A stretch of 64,000 bases of DNA from Eledone cirrhosa (lineage: Eukaryota): the NCBI GenBank assembly GCA_964016885.1, contig OZ024741.1:266414001-266478000 (forward strand), given 5' to 3'. Below the pieces are notes generated by a model. That model saw only the letters and a program-made list of their open reading frames with translations, did not search any database and was not told the origin of the DNA. The position numbers were made by a program, and so were the translations under genes. Shown piece after piece: positions 13,487 to 26,735 of the stretch (position 1 is the stretch's first letter; each line of letters starts with the position of its first letter).

Positions 13487-14392
13487 ATGGCCTTGCTCAG
13501 TATGTAGGAAAGGTGTAGGTAGGTACTGCATCCTCTGCCCCAAATGCAAACAATGGGTACACAAGAGATGTAGTGGGATCTCAGGAAGCTTAGCTAAGAA
13601 TATAGGCTTTACATGCAGCAGCTGCACCGGGACAACAAGCAGCAAACAGCCGCAGGAAACAAGCACCACTAAATTCTGGGAGGGCTCTGTAGAAACAGTA
13701 GGCAGCTTTTGCTACTTAGGAGACCGAATTAGCAGTGGAGGTGGGTGTTTGGAAAGTACTGTAGCCAGGGTAAGAACGGGATGGAAGAAGTTCAGGGAGC
13801 TATTGCCACTGCTAGCTAGCATAAGGGGAATCAAATGCTATGTGCAGGAGAGGAGGTTGCGTTAGTATAGACAAGTGATGCGTATGAAGGATGATAGCTG
13901 CATAAAAAGGTACAGAGCACTAGAAGTCAATGGAAGCCGTGGAGTCGGGAGACCCAAGAAGACCTGGAATGAGGTGATAAAAACCAACCTTACCCAATTG
14001 CACCTCTCAAAGTAATGACGTAGGACTGTGACCTCTGGCGTCACGCAGTAACACAGAAGACCCGACTTCCCATGGGTACAAGCCGAAGCTGAAGCATATA
14101 GACAATATGCCCCACCCCCTCCCACTGCAAAGTGGTCATGGTGGTGCCACGGCAAAAAAGCACCCAGCCCACGCTCTAAAGTGGACAGGTAGGCGCCATG
14201 GAAAAAAAAGCACCCAGCACTCACTGTATATGAGGTTGGTGTTAGGAAGGGCATCCAGCTGTAGAAATCAAGCCAAAATCAGTTCCTGTATGAGCAAGAC
14301 AAGGTCAGCCAACCAAGCACTGCCCACAACAGGACAACCCTTCTAACCCATGCTAGCGTGGAAGAATGGACGTAAAACAGTGATGATGATGA
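13487..14392 (+). mobile_element. 5'-truncated, internally deleted RTE-clade LINE with 3' UTR and (TGA)n tail
   Basis: WPCSVCRKGVG..C..CKQWVHKRCSG (PHD-like insert), FCYLGD, GWKKFRELLPLL; ends ggacgtaaaacagtgatgatgat. Confidence 0.9.
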
Positions 14393-14393
14393 T

Positions 14394-14680
14394 AGGAAGG
14401 CACGTAGCTTAGTGGTTAGAGCATTGAGTTCACAGTCAGAAGGTTGTGAGTTCAAATCTGGAGCGGGCAGTGCATTGTGTTCTTGAACAAGACACTTTAT
14501 TTCACATTGCTCCAGTTTACTCAGCTGTAGAAATGAGTTGCAATGTCATTTGGACAACATCGATACATCGATGCCATGGAGAGACTGGTATGCATGAGTG
14601 ATTGCTGGTCTTCCACAAACACACCATGCCCAGGTTTGTGCCTTGGAGAACTTTCTAGGTGCAAAACTGATGGGGCCTTT
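14394..14680 (+). mobile_element. tRNA-headed SINE (family A head with a different body)
   Basis: A box tagcttagtggttag, B box gagttcaaatc, core cttgaacaagacactttatttcacattgctccag. Confidence 0.7.
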
Positions 14681-15958
14681 ATATATAAATATCATTTCAT
14701 TTTTCATTTTTATATATATATACACACACACTCTAATAATAATATATTAATAGAGTTGTATGTTTGTGAAGGGGTATACAATATGTTTATGTATAATAAA
14801 CATGCAAGAGTCTCTCTATGAACATTTAAAGTTACCACCGTACAGGGTGGACTGGATGTTCCCCTCCAGATGTCCAGCTTTCCATGGAATGGTTGGACAG
14901 GAAAACTGTATCAGGGGGAGGGGAGTACATCAACATAATCCCTAGACATCTATCCATCCCATGACTGTCTGGGCCCAGATCAACTGTCATGTTCTGAGAC
15001 TAAGGTGTCATGTTCTGCGACTAGACACTTGGTCTCGTTGGCCAGATGCCCTTCCTTCAGCTAACCAGGCATTTTGTCATGGTACAAGGTGGGACATGTC
15101 TGGCCTTCCATATTGGCATGGAATGGGTGGTAGGGCATTTGTCTTTTGTATATTGGTATGGGTTGGGCTGGTCTAGGTTAGTGGGGAGGAGGAGGACTTC
15201 TTTTCTTTGTTGGAAAGAGTTGGATGATATATATGTGTGTGTGGGAGTGTATACATATATATATATATGTGTGTGTGTGTGTATTTATATATGTATATAA
15301 GACACATCATAAACAGCTGCATCAGAGGGTTTGAAAATTGATCTGATATGTAAAGCTATTTTTCCCCAAACACTATGTGAGAGCTGGAGGGGGCAATAGT
15401 GGTGACGGGGCAATGTTCATGATGGTAGTGATGGCAGTATAAGACCTGGTAGGTATCAAAATCCCATCTATAAATTTATTTATGCATAGAAATTCATAAG
15501 TTTACAAAGATTTTTGGTAATTTTGGTAATTCAAACTCTCTTTCCTTTTTTTCTAATAGGGCTCCTACAATCATCATCATTTATCATCTGTTTTCCCTAC
15601 AAGCAAGGGTTAGACAGGCTGCCACAGACCAAGGCAGAGCCCCTAACCTCTCAGATAGGTTGGGTGGCTCGGTGGAGGGGCATATCTTTCTTCGTTACAT
15701 ATGTTCTTGTAATCTACAGAGTGTACTGGGTACATGTATATGTATACATACACACATAAACATTGTGTGTATTCATATACATGAACACATGTATGTATGT
15801 GTTTGTATTCCTACATGCATCACTATGTGTGTGTGTGTGTGTGTATATATATATACAGCTGTTTATGATGTGTCTTATATACATATATAAATACACACGC
15901 ACATACATATATATATATGTATACACTCCCACATAGACACACACACACACATATATAT

Positions 15959-16286
15959 ACATGGCTTAGTGGTTAGAGCATTGGGCTTGCAATCGAAAAG
16001 TTGTGAGTTCAATTCTCAGACCGGATGATGTGTTGTTTCCTTGAGCAAGACACTTTATTTCACATTGCTCCTGTTTACTCAGCTGTACAAATGAGATGAT
16101 AGGACTGGGGTCCCTATCATTTCACTGTAAAGTGGTCGTGGAGGTGCCACGGCAAAAAAGCACCCAGCACTCACTGTAAATGAGGTTGGTGTTAGGAAGG
16201 GCATCCAGCTGTAGAAATCAAGCCAGAATCAGTTCCCGTCCCACCCTTGCAAGCAGGGAAAAGCGGACGTAAAATGATGATGATGA
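15959..16286 (+). mobile_element. SINE family A (tRNA head, CORE/V-like body, RTE-derived tail)
   Basis: A box tggcttagtggttag, B box gagttcaattctc, internal hairpin gatagg(g)ac..gtccctatc, tail cccttgcaagcagggaaaagcggacgtaaaa(tga)n. Confidence 0.9.
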
Positions 16287-16639
16287 TATATATAGTGTGT
16301 GTGTGTGTTAATGGTCTAGCAGTTTTGCCACTACCTCAACCACTACCATCACTACCACTACCAACAACACCACCACTTCTACCATCACCAACACCAATAC
16401 TACCATCAACACCAACACTACCACCACCACCACCACTACCACCATAACAATCAGCACCACCACCACCACAACAATCAACACCTCCACCACCACCACACCT
16501 ACACTGCCCTATTAAAGGAAATGGTGGTGATGGAGATATATTACTAAAGAAGAAAACAAACTATATTTAACATCTACAATAGTTTCTTTGTTTTGTAGTT
16601 ACACTCTACACCCTGAGAAAGAATGTATATGTTAATACT

Positions 16640-16696
<57 letters not shown>

Positions 16697-17518
16697 ATGT
16701 ATGTAGTATATATGTGTGTGTGTGTGTGTGTGTATGTATGTAGTATATATGTGTGTGTGTGTGTGTGTATGTATGTAGTATATATATGTGTGTGTGTGTG
16801 TGTATGTATGTAGTATATATATGTGTGTGTATGTATGTAGTATATAGTCTATGTATAAGTGTGACATGTAGGTGTGTATATGTATATTTTCTTGTTCGTT
16901 TCTCTGGCAACGCCTTAAAGGGATTTAGTGGATCATATCATATTGACCTCTGTATATCTGTTTATATATATATATATCATCATCATCGTTTAACGTCCAT
17001 CTTCCATGTTAGCATGGGTTAGACGGTTTTGTCCCATTCAAATCCAAGTTGGGTTGGGTGACTGTGTCTCACTCATACAGGACTGTCTCTGGATGGTTTT
17101 CTACGGCTGGATGCCCTTCCTAATTCCAAGTACATTTACAGTGTATGCTGGGTGCTTTTTACTGTGTCTTTTACACAACCACATTACAGTGTGGTACCAA
17201 AATCATCATCATCTAACATCCACTTTCCCTGCTAGTAAGGGTTGGATGGCTCTGCATAGACCAAGAAGTCAGTACTGAAGTGGGCTACTGATCTCCCAGA
17301 CAGACCGAGAGGACTGAATCTTGCTTATGTATGGTCATATCGAGTGCAGAGTAGAAGTTGTCATGTCTTTGGCAAGCTTTCTATGGCTGGATGCCCTTCC
17401 TAACACCAACCACTTTACAACAGGTACTGGGTGCTTTTATTATAGATCACCAGCACTAGGGAGGCTGTCATGTCCTTGACACAACTAAAGGGTCCTCGCT
17501 CTCTCTCTCTCTCTCTTT

Positions 17519-17846
17519 ATCATCATCATTTTACGTCCGCTTTTCCCTGCTTGCAAGGGTGGGACGGGAACTGATTCTGGCTTGATTTCTACAGCTGGAT
17601 TCCCTTCCTAACACCAACCTCATTTACAGTGAGTGCTGGGTGCTTTTTTGCCGTGGTACCTCCACAACCACTTTGCAGTGGAATGATAGGGACTGGTGTC
17701 CCTATCATCTCATTTCTACGGCTGAGTAAACTGGAGCAATGTGAAATAAAGTGTCTTGCTCAAGGAAACAACACCCGGTCTGAGAATTGAACTCACAACC
17801 TTTCGATTGCAAGGCCAATGCTCTAACCACTAAGCCATAGGCCTCC
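17519..17846 (-). mobile_element. SINE family A, full length
   Basis: Reverse complement of the 15959 and 42098 copies. Confidence 0.9.
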
Positions 17847-18584
17847 ACATATATATATATATATATTTTTTTTTTTTTAAAGAGTCGACCCTGGTATTGG
17901 ACTACTACTTTATTTTATCAACCTCAAAAGGATGAGAAGCAAAGTTGACCTTGGTGAAATTTGAACTCAGAGTAAAGAGAGCCAGAATAAATACTGTGAT
18001 CAAAGGGGTATCAACTCTGAATGTCTTATGTATATGTAAGAATACAGTATCCAATGTGTACCCAGTTTAGAATAGGTGCACAGAATCCCTGCATGTTGTA
18101 CAAGGTGACTAAAAAGGGTTGGTGATAGAAAGGGCATCCACCTGTAAAACATTACCTCAAAAGACTCCTTGATGAATACAAACCAGTCATGGAGCGTGCA
18201 AGGCTTGCCTTTGTTTTAGTAGGGGAAATAACCGTAAAACACTTAATAATGAGCAGGATGTAGTTTTGACCTTTAATCGAATTTCAGACCTAATTGAACC
18301 CTCATCAGAAGGCATATGTATATATCATTCAAATAACCACATGGAAACATGTATTTGATGGACTTATATATCCATTCCCCCTTCTTAAGAATGGGTATAT
18401 ACTATATAATAATAATAATCATCGTTTAACGTCCATCTTCCACACCTGCATGTGTTTGGCCGGGAGTTTTCCCACTTGAGGCAAGATTGGTTGTCTTGCT
18501 CGCATATGTAAATAACCCATGGTAGCATGGAAGAATAGATGTATATACTATATATATATATATATGATGATGATATATATGTAT

Positions 18585-18841
18585 GACCATGTAATGCGCA
18601 TGGAAGATGACCACTGGGTGAAGAAGTACCAAGTAATCCCAATGGAAGGAAGATGCAGTGGAGGAAGACCACGAAAAACATGGGCGGAGGTGGTAAGAGC
18701 TGACCTCAGATCGCTGAAGCTCACAGAGAAGATGACGAAGGACCATGACAAGTGGAGAGATGCTGTGCTGAACAGGACCCGTCTCACCCTTGCTAGCAGG
18801 GAAAAGCGGACGTAAAATGATGATGATGTTGATGATGATGA
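18585..18841 (+). mobile_element. RTE LINE 3' fragment (short-UTR subfamily)
   Basis: HVMRMEDD.WVKK...GRPRKTWAEVVRADL...LASREKRT* followed by (TGA)n. Confidence 0.9.
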
Positions 18842-18852
18842 TATATATATAA

Positions 18853-19595
18853 TCATCAACATCATTTTACGTCCGCTTTTCCCTGCTTGCAAGGGTGAGA
18901 CGGGTCCTGTTCAGCACAGCATCTCTCCACTTGTCATGGTCCTTCGTCATCTTCTCTGTGAGCTTCAGTGATCTGAGGTCAGCTCTTACCACCTCCGCCC
19001 ATGTTTTTCGTGGTCTACCTCTACCATGTCTTCCTTCAACTGGCATTTCCTGGCACTTCTTCACCCATCGGTCATCCTCCATGCGCATCACATGTCCATA
19101 CCACCGCAGTCTCCTCTCTCGCACACTACATTCTATCCCTCTAAGACACAGTTTCTCTCTCAATACATTCATGCTGGGTCATTCACACACATTGACATTG
19201 CACATCCAACAGAGCATGCTTGCCTCATTTCTTTCCAGTCGTCGCATATCCTCTGGAGTTGCTGCCCAAGTCTCACTACCATGCAGCATCGCGCTCCTCA
19301 CACAGGCATCATATAACCAGCCTTTTGTACGCAGGCAGAAACCCTTCTTCGTCAGTAGAGGAAGCAGCTCCCTAAACTTCTTCCAACCCATCCTTATTCT
19401 AGATACTATGGCCTCAGAACACCCCCTCCCATGCTAATCTGATCGCCTAGGTACCGGAAGCTATCAACCACTTCTATAGCACCCGCCTGCATTTGAAAAA
19501 TGTGTCTATCAATCCGACTTTTACTGTCTAATTTCCCTGTACATCTACTGCATACGTAGTTCTCCCTACCTGTTAGTTTGCCTGCTATCCCACTA
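18853..19595 (-). mobile_element. RTE LINE 3' part (short-UTR subfamily), tail-to-tail with the previous copy
   Basis: GWKKFRELLPLL..MLHGSETW..RRLRWYGHVMR..GRPRKTW. Confidence 0.9.
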
Positions 19596-19604
19596 TATAT
19601 ATAT

Positions 19605-20540
19605 CCTGGGTGACAAAATCAGCAGTGGTGGAGGGTGCTCTGAAAGTACAGTAGCTAGAGTCAGAACGGGATGGAAAAACTTCAGAGAGCTTATACCACT
19701 ATTGGCCGCTAAAGGTTTCTCTCTAAAAATGAAAGGCAGACTGTATGATGCCTGCATACGAACAGCAATGTTACATGGCAGTTAGACATGGGCATTGTGT
19801 GCAGAGGATCTATGCAGACTGGAGAGGAATGAAGCTTGCATGCTCCGTTGGATGTGTAATAGTAATATACGTGAACGGCAAAGCATAAATGAACTAAGTG
19901 AGAAATTAGGAATAAGAGGGATCAGATGCTGTTTACTCGAGAGAAGACTACGTTGGTATGGTCACGTGATGTGCATGAAAGATGACAGCTGTATAAAAAA
20001 TGTAGGGTAGCTATGGAGTAGGCAGACCCAGAAAAACCTGGGACGATTTGATAAATTCCGACCTTACACACTTACACCTTTCCAAGACAATATCACTGGA
20101 TCGAGATCATTGGCGCTATGCAGTAATACAGAAGACCCGCCTTGCCTAAGTACAAAGCGAAACCTACAGGCAGTAGGCACCTCTTAACCAAAATACACCC
20201 CCAACCCACTACCCCTACCCCTACCTCCATCTACACCACCCCTTTCGCTGTAAAGTTATGTTGGTACCACAACATCCAGTCCTAAATAAATGAGGTTGTG
20301 TAGGTGTCACGACAAAAAAAACACACAGTCCACGCTGTAATGTGGCAGTGTAGGTAACATGGTAAAAACCTCCCAGTCCACACTGTAAACGTGGTTGGTG
20401 TTAGGAAGGGCATCCAGCCGTAGAAAACCCGCCAGGCAGTCCTACACGAGCAAGACAACCAATCTTGCCTCAAGTGGGACAATTCCCGTCTAAACCCATG
20501 CTAGCGTGGAAGATAGACGTTAAACGACGATGATGATGAT
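19605..20540 (+). mobile_element. RTE LINE 3' part with 3' UTR
   Basis: Same subfamily as 36044-38322; premature stops present; (GAT)n tail. Confidence 0.9.
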
Positions 20541-21049
20541 ATATATATATATATATATGAATAACATTAAGACAGGTGTTACATAATCATATTTATTGAA
20601 AGAATTTGGCTACTGTTTCTAGCATGCCAAGTAACTAATTGCATACAAGAACATTGTGTGTGTTTAAGAAGCTCTCAATCTATGAGTTGTACATTGCATG
20701 TGTGCACCATATTACATCATATTACGAGTGTGCATATAGTGCACCATATTGAAAATGTGTACATAGTGCATCATATTACAAATGTGCACCACAGTGCACC
20801 ACGCTGCAAGTATGTACATCTCCATTTTCATTTGTTATTTGCAGCAATATATTTTACTCAAAACTTCCACTTCATACTTTTTGCAGGTTGAAAGACACCA
20901 TATGTTGAAGTCCCAAATGTAGAAAATAACTGTAACTACGGTTGATTGATGAAAATAATAGCTTCGAAAATCAGGTGAAATACTCCTAGAAATGGAAAAA
21001 ATGGTCAACCACCACTACAGGGCAACTGGTAGTAGTAGTAGTAGGTGGT

Positions 21050-23360
21050 GGTGATGGTGGTATTGGTTGGGGTTGGGGTGGGGTGGGGGTGATGGTGGCG
21101 ACGACAGTGGTGGTGGGTATGGTGGTATTGGTAGGTGGTTGAGGTTGGGGTGGGGTGGGGTGGGGGTGATGGTGGCGACGACAGTGGTGGTGGGTATGGT
21201 GGTATTGGTAGGTGGTTGAGGTTGGGGTGGGGGTGATGGTGGCGACGACAGTGGTGGTGGGTATGGTGGTATTGGTAGGTGGTTGAGGTTGGGGTGGGGT
21301 GGGGGTGATGGTGGCGACGACAGTGGTGGTGGGTATGGTGGTATTGGTAGGTGGTTGGGGTTGGGGTGGGGTGGGGGTGGGGGTGATGGTGGCGACGACA
21401 GTGGTGGTGGGTATGGTGGTATTGGTAGGTGGTTGGGGTTGGGGTGGGGTGGGGGTGATGGTGGCGACGGCAGTGGTGGTGGGTATGGTGGTATTGGTAG
21501 GTGGTTGAGGTTGGGGTGGGGTGGGGGTGATGGTGGCGACGACAGTGGTGGTGGGTATGGTGGTATTGGTAGGTGGTTGAGGTTGGGGTGGGGTGGGGTG
21601 GGGTGGGGGTGATGGTGGCGACGACAGTGGTGGTGGGTATGGTGGTATTGGTAGGTGGTTGGGGTTGGGGTGGGGGTGATGGCGGCGACGACAGTGGTGG
21701 TGGGTATGGTGGTATTGGTAGGTGGTTGGGGTGGGGGTGGGGGTGATGGTGGCGACGACAGTGGTGGTGGGTATGGTGGTATTGGTAGGTGGTTGGGGTT
21801 GGGGTGGGGGTGGGGGTGATGGCGGCGACGACAGTGGTGGTGGGTATGGTGGTATTGGTAGGTGGTTGGGGTTGGGGTGGGGGTGGTGGTGATGGCGGCG
21901 ACGACAGTGGTGGTGGGTATGGTGGTATTGGTAGGTGGTTGGGGTGGGGGTGGGGGTGATGGTGGCGACGACAGTGGTGGTGGGTATGGTGGTATTGGTA
22001 GGTGGTTGGGGTTGGGGTGGGGGTGGGGGTGATGGCGGCGACGACAGTGGTGGTGGGTATGGTGGTATTGGTAGGTGGTTGGGGTTGGGGTGGGGGTGGT
22101 GGTGATGGCGGCGACGACAGTGGTGGTGGGTATGGTGGTATTGGTAGGTGGTTGAGGTTGGGGTGGGGGTGGGGGTGATGGTGGCGACGACAGTGGTGGT
22201 GGGTATGGTGGTATTGGTAGGTGGTTGGGGTTGGGGTGGGGGTGGGGGTGATGGCGGCGACGACAGTGGTGGTGGGTATGGTGGTATTGGTAGGTGGTTG
22301 GGGTTGGGGTGGGGGTGGTGGTGATGGCGGCGACGACAGTGGTGGTGGGTATGGTGGTATTGGTAGGTGGTTGGGGTGGGGGTGGGGGTGATGGTGGCGA
22401 CGACAGTGGTGGTGGGTATGGTGGTATTGGTAGGTGGTTGGGGTTGGGGTGGGGGTGGGGGTGATGGCGGCGACGACAGTGGTGGTGGGTATGGTGGTAT
22501 TGGTAGGTGGTTGAGGTTGGGGTGGGGGTGGGGGTGATGGTGGCGACGACAGTGGTGGTGGGTATGGTGGTATTGGTAGGTGGTTGGGGTTGGGGTGGGG
22601 TCGGGTGGGGGTGATGGCGGCGACGACAGTGGTGGTGGGTATGGTGGTATTGGTAGGTGGTTGGGGTGGTGGTGGGGTCGGGTGGGGGTGATGGTGGCGA
22701 CAACAGTGGTGGTGGGTATGGTGGTATTGGTAGGTGGTTGGGGTTGGGGTGGGGTCGGGTGGGGGTGATGGCGGCGACGACAGTGGTGGTGGGTATGGTG
22801 GTATTGGTAGGTGGTTGGGGTTGGGGTGGTGTCGGGTGGGGGTGATGGTGGCGACAACAGTGGTGGTGGGTATGGTGGTATTGGTAGGTGGTTGAGGTTG
22901 GGGTGGGGTCGGGTGGGGGTGATGGCGGCGACGACAGTGGTGGTGGGTATGGTGGTATTGGTAGGTGGTTGGGGTGGGGGTGGGGGTGGGGGTGATGGTG
23001 GCGACGACAGTGGTGGTGGGTATGGTGGTATTGGTAGGTGGTTGAGGTTGGGGTGGGGTCGGGTGGGGGTGATGGCGTCGACGACAGTGGTGGTGGGTAT
23101 GGTGGTATTGGCAGGTGGTTGGGGTGGGGGTGGGGGTGGGGGGTGATGGTGGCGACGACAGTGGTGGTGGGTATGGTGGTATTGGTAGGTGGTTGAGGTG
23201 GGGTGGGGTGGGGGTGATGGTGGCGACGACAGTGGTGGTGGGTATGGTGGTATTGGTAGGTGGTTGAGGTTGGGGTGGGGGTGATGGTGGCGACAACAGT
23301 GGTGGTGGGTATGGTGGTATTGGTAGGTGGTTGAGGTTGGGGTGGGGTGGGGGGTGATGG
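21050..23360. repeat. G-rich minisatellite (~70-80 bp unit: constant core plus variable GGGGT pentamers)
   Basis: Core gtgatggtggcgacgacagtggtggtgggtatggtggtattggtaggtggttg repeated about 30 times; decays into (GGT)n to about 23820. Confidence 0.95.
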
Positions 23361-24390
23361 TGATGGTGGGTGGATAGGTGGTTGTTGGGGTGTGGGTGGT
23401 GATGGTGATGGTAGGTGGTTGCAGTGGGGGTGGGGGTGATAATGGTAGCTATGTTGATGGTAGGTGGTAGTTGTGGTTGGGTGGGTTGGGGGTGATGGTG
23501 GTAGCTATGTTGATGGTGATGGTGATGGTGGGTAGGTGGTTGTGGTGGTGGTGGTGGTGGTAGTGATGGTTATGATGGTGGTGGTGATGATGGCGGTGGT
23601 TGTGACGGTTATGATGGTGGTGGTGATGATGGCGGTGGTTGTGTTGGTTATTATGGTGGTGGTGTTGGTGGGGTGGTGTGTAGCTGTGTGATTGTGGTGA
23701 TTGTGGGTGGTTCTGATGGTAGTGGTGGTAGTAGCTATGGTGGAGATGATGGTGGGTGGTTATGCATGTGGTGATGAATGGTTGTGGTGATGAATGGTGG
23801 TAGTAGAAGTGGTGGTAGTGTGGTTTAGTTGTACCAGTTGGGTGGAGTTACTTTATTAACAAACAAAAACAAAGCAGAGGACAATACCCCCTCCACACAC
23901 ACACACACACACACTCACACAGCTATCCCAGCAACCCCACCCCCTCTAGCCATCCCACCATCCCAGCAACCCCACCCATCTCTAGCCACACCATCCACGT
24001 CTAACCACTCCCAGCTACACCCCCACCTACCACCGCCACCACCCCATCTAAACCCCACCCACCCCAAACTACCCCAGCAACACTTAGCTACCCCCAACTA
24101 CATCCCCTCATCCTTCTAACCACCCCCACCTGCCTCTAGCCACACCAGCTACAACCCAACCCACACCCAGCCACCCCAGCCATCACCTTCTTAGATGGGA
24201 GGTGGGGTGGGTGTTGGTGCAGAGAATGATATATACATTTTCCGTCAATATCTAAAACACCAAATAATAATTATTTGCAAAAATCTGAAGAATTTGTAAA
24301 TGAGAGAGAAGCAGAGAGAATTCTGTTACCATTCCTAGAATGGGACAAAAACATTGTAGGACTTTTAGAGATTGTTGGATTAAAGTATTC

Positions 24391-25099
24391 TTTTATTGGT
24401 TTCAGTCATTTGACTGTGGCCATGCTGGGACACCACCTAATATTTCATTGGTTTCAGTTGTTAGATTGTGGCCATGCTGGGGCACCACCTAATATTTCAT
24501 TGGTTTCAGTTGTTAGACTGTGGCCATGCTGGGGCACCACCTAATATTTCATTGGTTTCAGTTGTTAGATTGTGGCCATGCTGGGACACCACCTAATATT
24601 TCATTGGTTTCAGTCATTTGACTGTGGCCAAGCTGGGGCACCACCTAATATTTCATTGGTTTCAGTTGTTAGATTGTGGCCATGCTGGGGCACCACCTAA
24701 TATTTCATTGGTTTCAGTTGTTAGATTGTGGCTATGCTGGGGCACCACCTAATACTTCATTGGTTTCAGTTGTTAGATTGTGGCCATGCTGGGGCACCAC
24801 CTAATATTTCATTGGTTTCAGTTGTTAGATTGTGGCCATGCTGGGGCACCACCTAATATTTCATTGGTTTCAGTTGTTAGACTGTGGCCATGCTGGGGCA
24901 CCACCTAATATTTCATTGGTTTCAGTTGTTAGACTGTGGCCATGCTGGGGCACCACCTAATATTTCATTGGTTTCAGTTGTTAGACTGTGGCCATGCTGG
25001 GGCACCACCTAATATTTCATTGGTTTCAGTTGTTAGACTGTGGCCATGCTGGGGCACCACCTAATATTTCATTGGTTTCAGTCATTTGACTGTGGCCAT
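24391..25099. repeat. 52-bp tandem array (about 13.5 units)
   Basis: Unit tttcattggtttcagttgttagattgtggccatgctggggcaccacctaata. Confidence 0.95.
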
Positions 25100-25744
25100 T
25101 TAAGGTGGTGCTCCATTTAAGGTCGATAAAAAAGTACTAGGATTGAGTCTTCCTCTATGTCTCTTTCTCATTTCCTTTCTTTTGCTCTCTATCCTTCTCT
25201 GGAAGAAATCTGATGTTTTCAGACTTGGAGAGTAGATGGCCTCTGCTAGGTTGTTTTTTTTTATGCCCCAGCTACGCCTTATGTCAATATGGCGCCCCTA
25301 CGACTCCTTTGAGAGTTGCAGGTTAAAGAGGAAGAGAAGCGATAAACATTTTAACACTTTTATTTCTAATGAAAGACACTGCCTATAATAAGTTTGATTA
25401 TTATGTCGGCCGGGACCCAGTGGTGGAGGATACTCGTTCGGACGTCACTTCTACAACTAAAGTATATTTACATTTTGATAACTGTGAATTGATTTTTTGT
25501 TTTCAATTTCTCAGTGACTGAATTATTTCAAAATAGCATTGGAAACAATAAGAACCATTAGCAACTTTCTCATTATTAATGGGTAGCAAAAAGGCAGTCA
25601 TTAGTACATCGGATAAAATGCTTTGTGGTATTTGTTCCGGTTTTCTGAGCACAGAGTTTAAATACTGCTAAGGTCAACTTTGCCTTCCACCCCTTCGAGA
25701 TCGATAATAAAAGTACCAGTTCATTACTGAAGTCGATTCTTCAT

Positions 25745-25746
<2 letters not shown>

Positions 25747-25834
<88 letters not shown>
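25747..25834. repeat. (CT)n microsatellite
   Basis: Pure dinucleotide run. Confidence 0.95.
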
Positions 25835-25836
<2 letters not shown>

Positions 25837-26462
25837 TTGTTGGAAGAAATAGGCTGTATTATGACTTGGAGAAGAAATGGGCTCCACCAGGTTTAAAATG
25901 CCCAAGATAAGCTATATGTCACTACGACGCCCCTACGACTCCACCGGGAGTTACAGGTCCATACATACATACTCAATATTGGAACATAACTCAACAAAGG
26001 TTCTTACATAAAGTTATGATGGAACGTTTTTAGATAAATATAATTAATTTAAAATAAACGAAATTGAATTAGAAAATTTCGCCATCATTTTAACTAAATG
26101 AAATAATCTAATAATAAAGGTTGTATAAACCCACTGAACGGGGGAAAGATGGGTATCAGCACGCTGGGGGTTCAAACCCACACCTCCACATCAGAAAAAG
26201 TAGGTGTAAGTGCAGTAGGTGTGGAATGAAAAGGGTTAAATTTGTGAGGTTAATAGAAAGAGATTGAGTTGTTTATGTTTAAAAAAGACAAAACTGGAAC
26301 AGATTGGACTTGAAATTTAAAACTAAATCCAAGTATTGGTTGACTGGACATATACTGCTGTTACATACTGGTCACACACACACACACACACACACACATA
26401 CATACATAGACACATTGACCTATACATATATACACACACAGAGACACATGCACATACACCCT

Positions 26463-26469
<7 letters not shown>

Positions 26470-26496
<27 letters not shown>

Positions 26497-26590
26497 GAGA
26501 GAGAGTATATGCCTGTTGAAACATTGCTCTGTTACATCAAGGGCACACACACACATACACAACACACAGAGACATATACACCCACACCCT

Positions 26591-26622
<32 letters not shown>

Positions 26623-26735
26623 GAGAGAGAGAGTATATGCCTGTTGAAACATTGCTCTGTTACATCAAGGGCACACACACACATACACAACACACAGAGA
26701 CATATACACCCACACCCTCACACACACATGTATAT
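26470..26735. repeat. Two ~128-bp tandem copies within a CA-rich low-complexity region
   Basis: gagagtatatgcctgttgaaacattgctctgttacatcaagggc occurs at about 26502 and 26630. Confidence 0.8.

Noticed and set aside
15959-16030. tRNA gene
   Set aside because: The A and B boxes belong to SINE heads; no complete cloverleaf is evident
20887-20974. Possible exon (tttttgcag ... cag|gtgaaa)
   Set aside because: Stops in all three frames and a weak donor; could be non-coding but is unsupported
20986-23296. Pro/Thr/His-rich 'mucin or extensin-like' ORFs of 560-760 aa
   Set aside because: All three minus frames are open and unit lengths are not multiples of 3; a G-rich minisatellite artefact
24391-25099. 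CRISPR-like regular repeats (also 48285-51502 and 7622-11705)
   Set aside because: Head-to-tail units with no unique spacers, no cas genes, and a eukaryotic context
25395-25465. CpG-containing unique stretch with GACGTCA (CRE-like), or a micro-exon DYYVGRDPVVEDTRSDV
   Set aside because: No convincing acceptor or recognisable homology; a single motif is expected by chance
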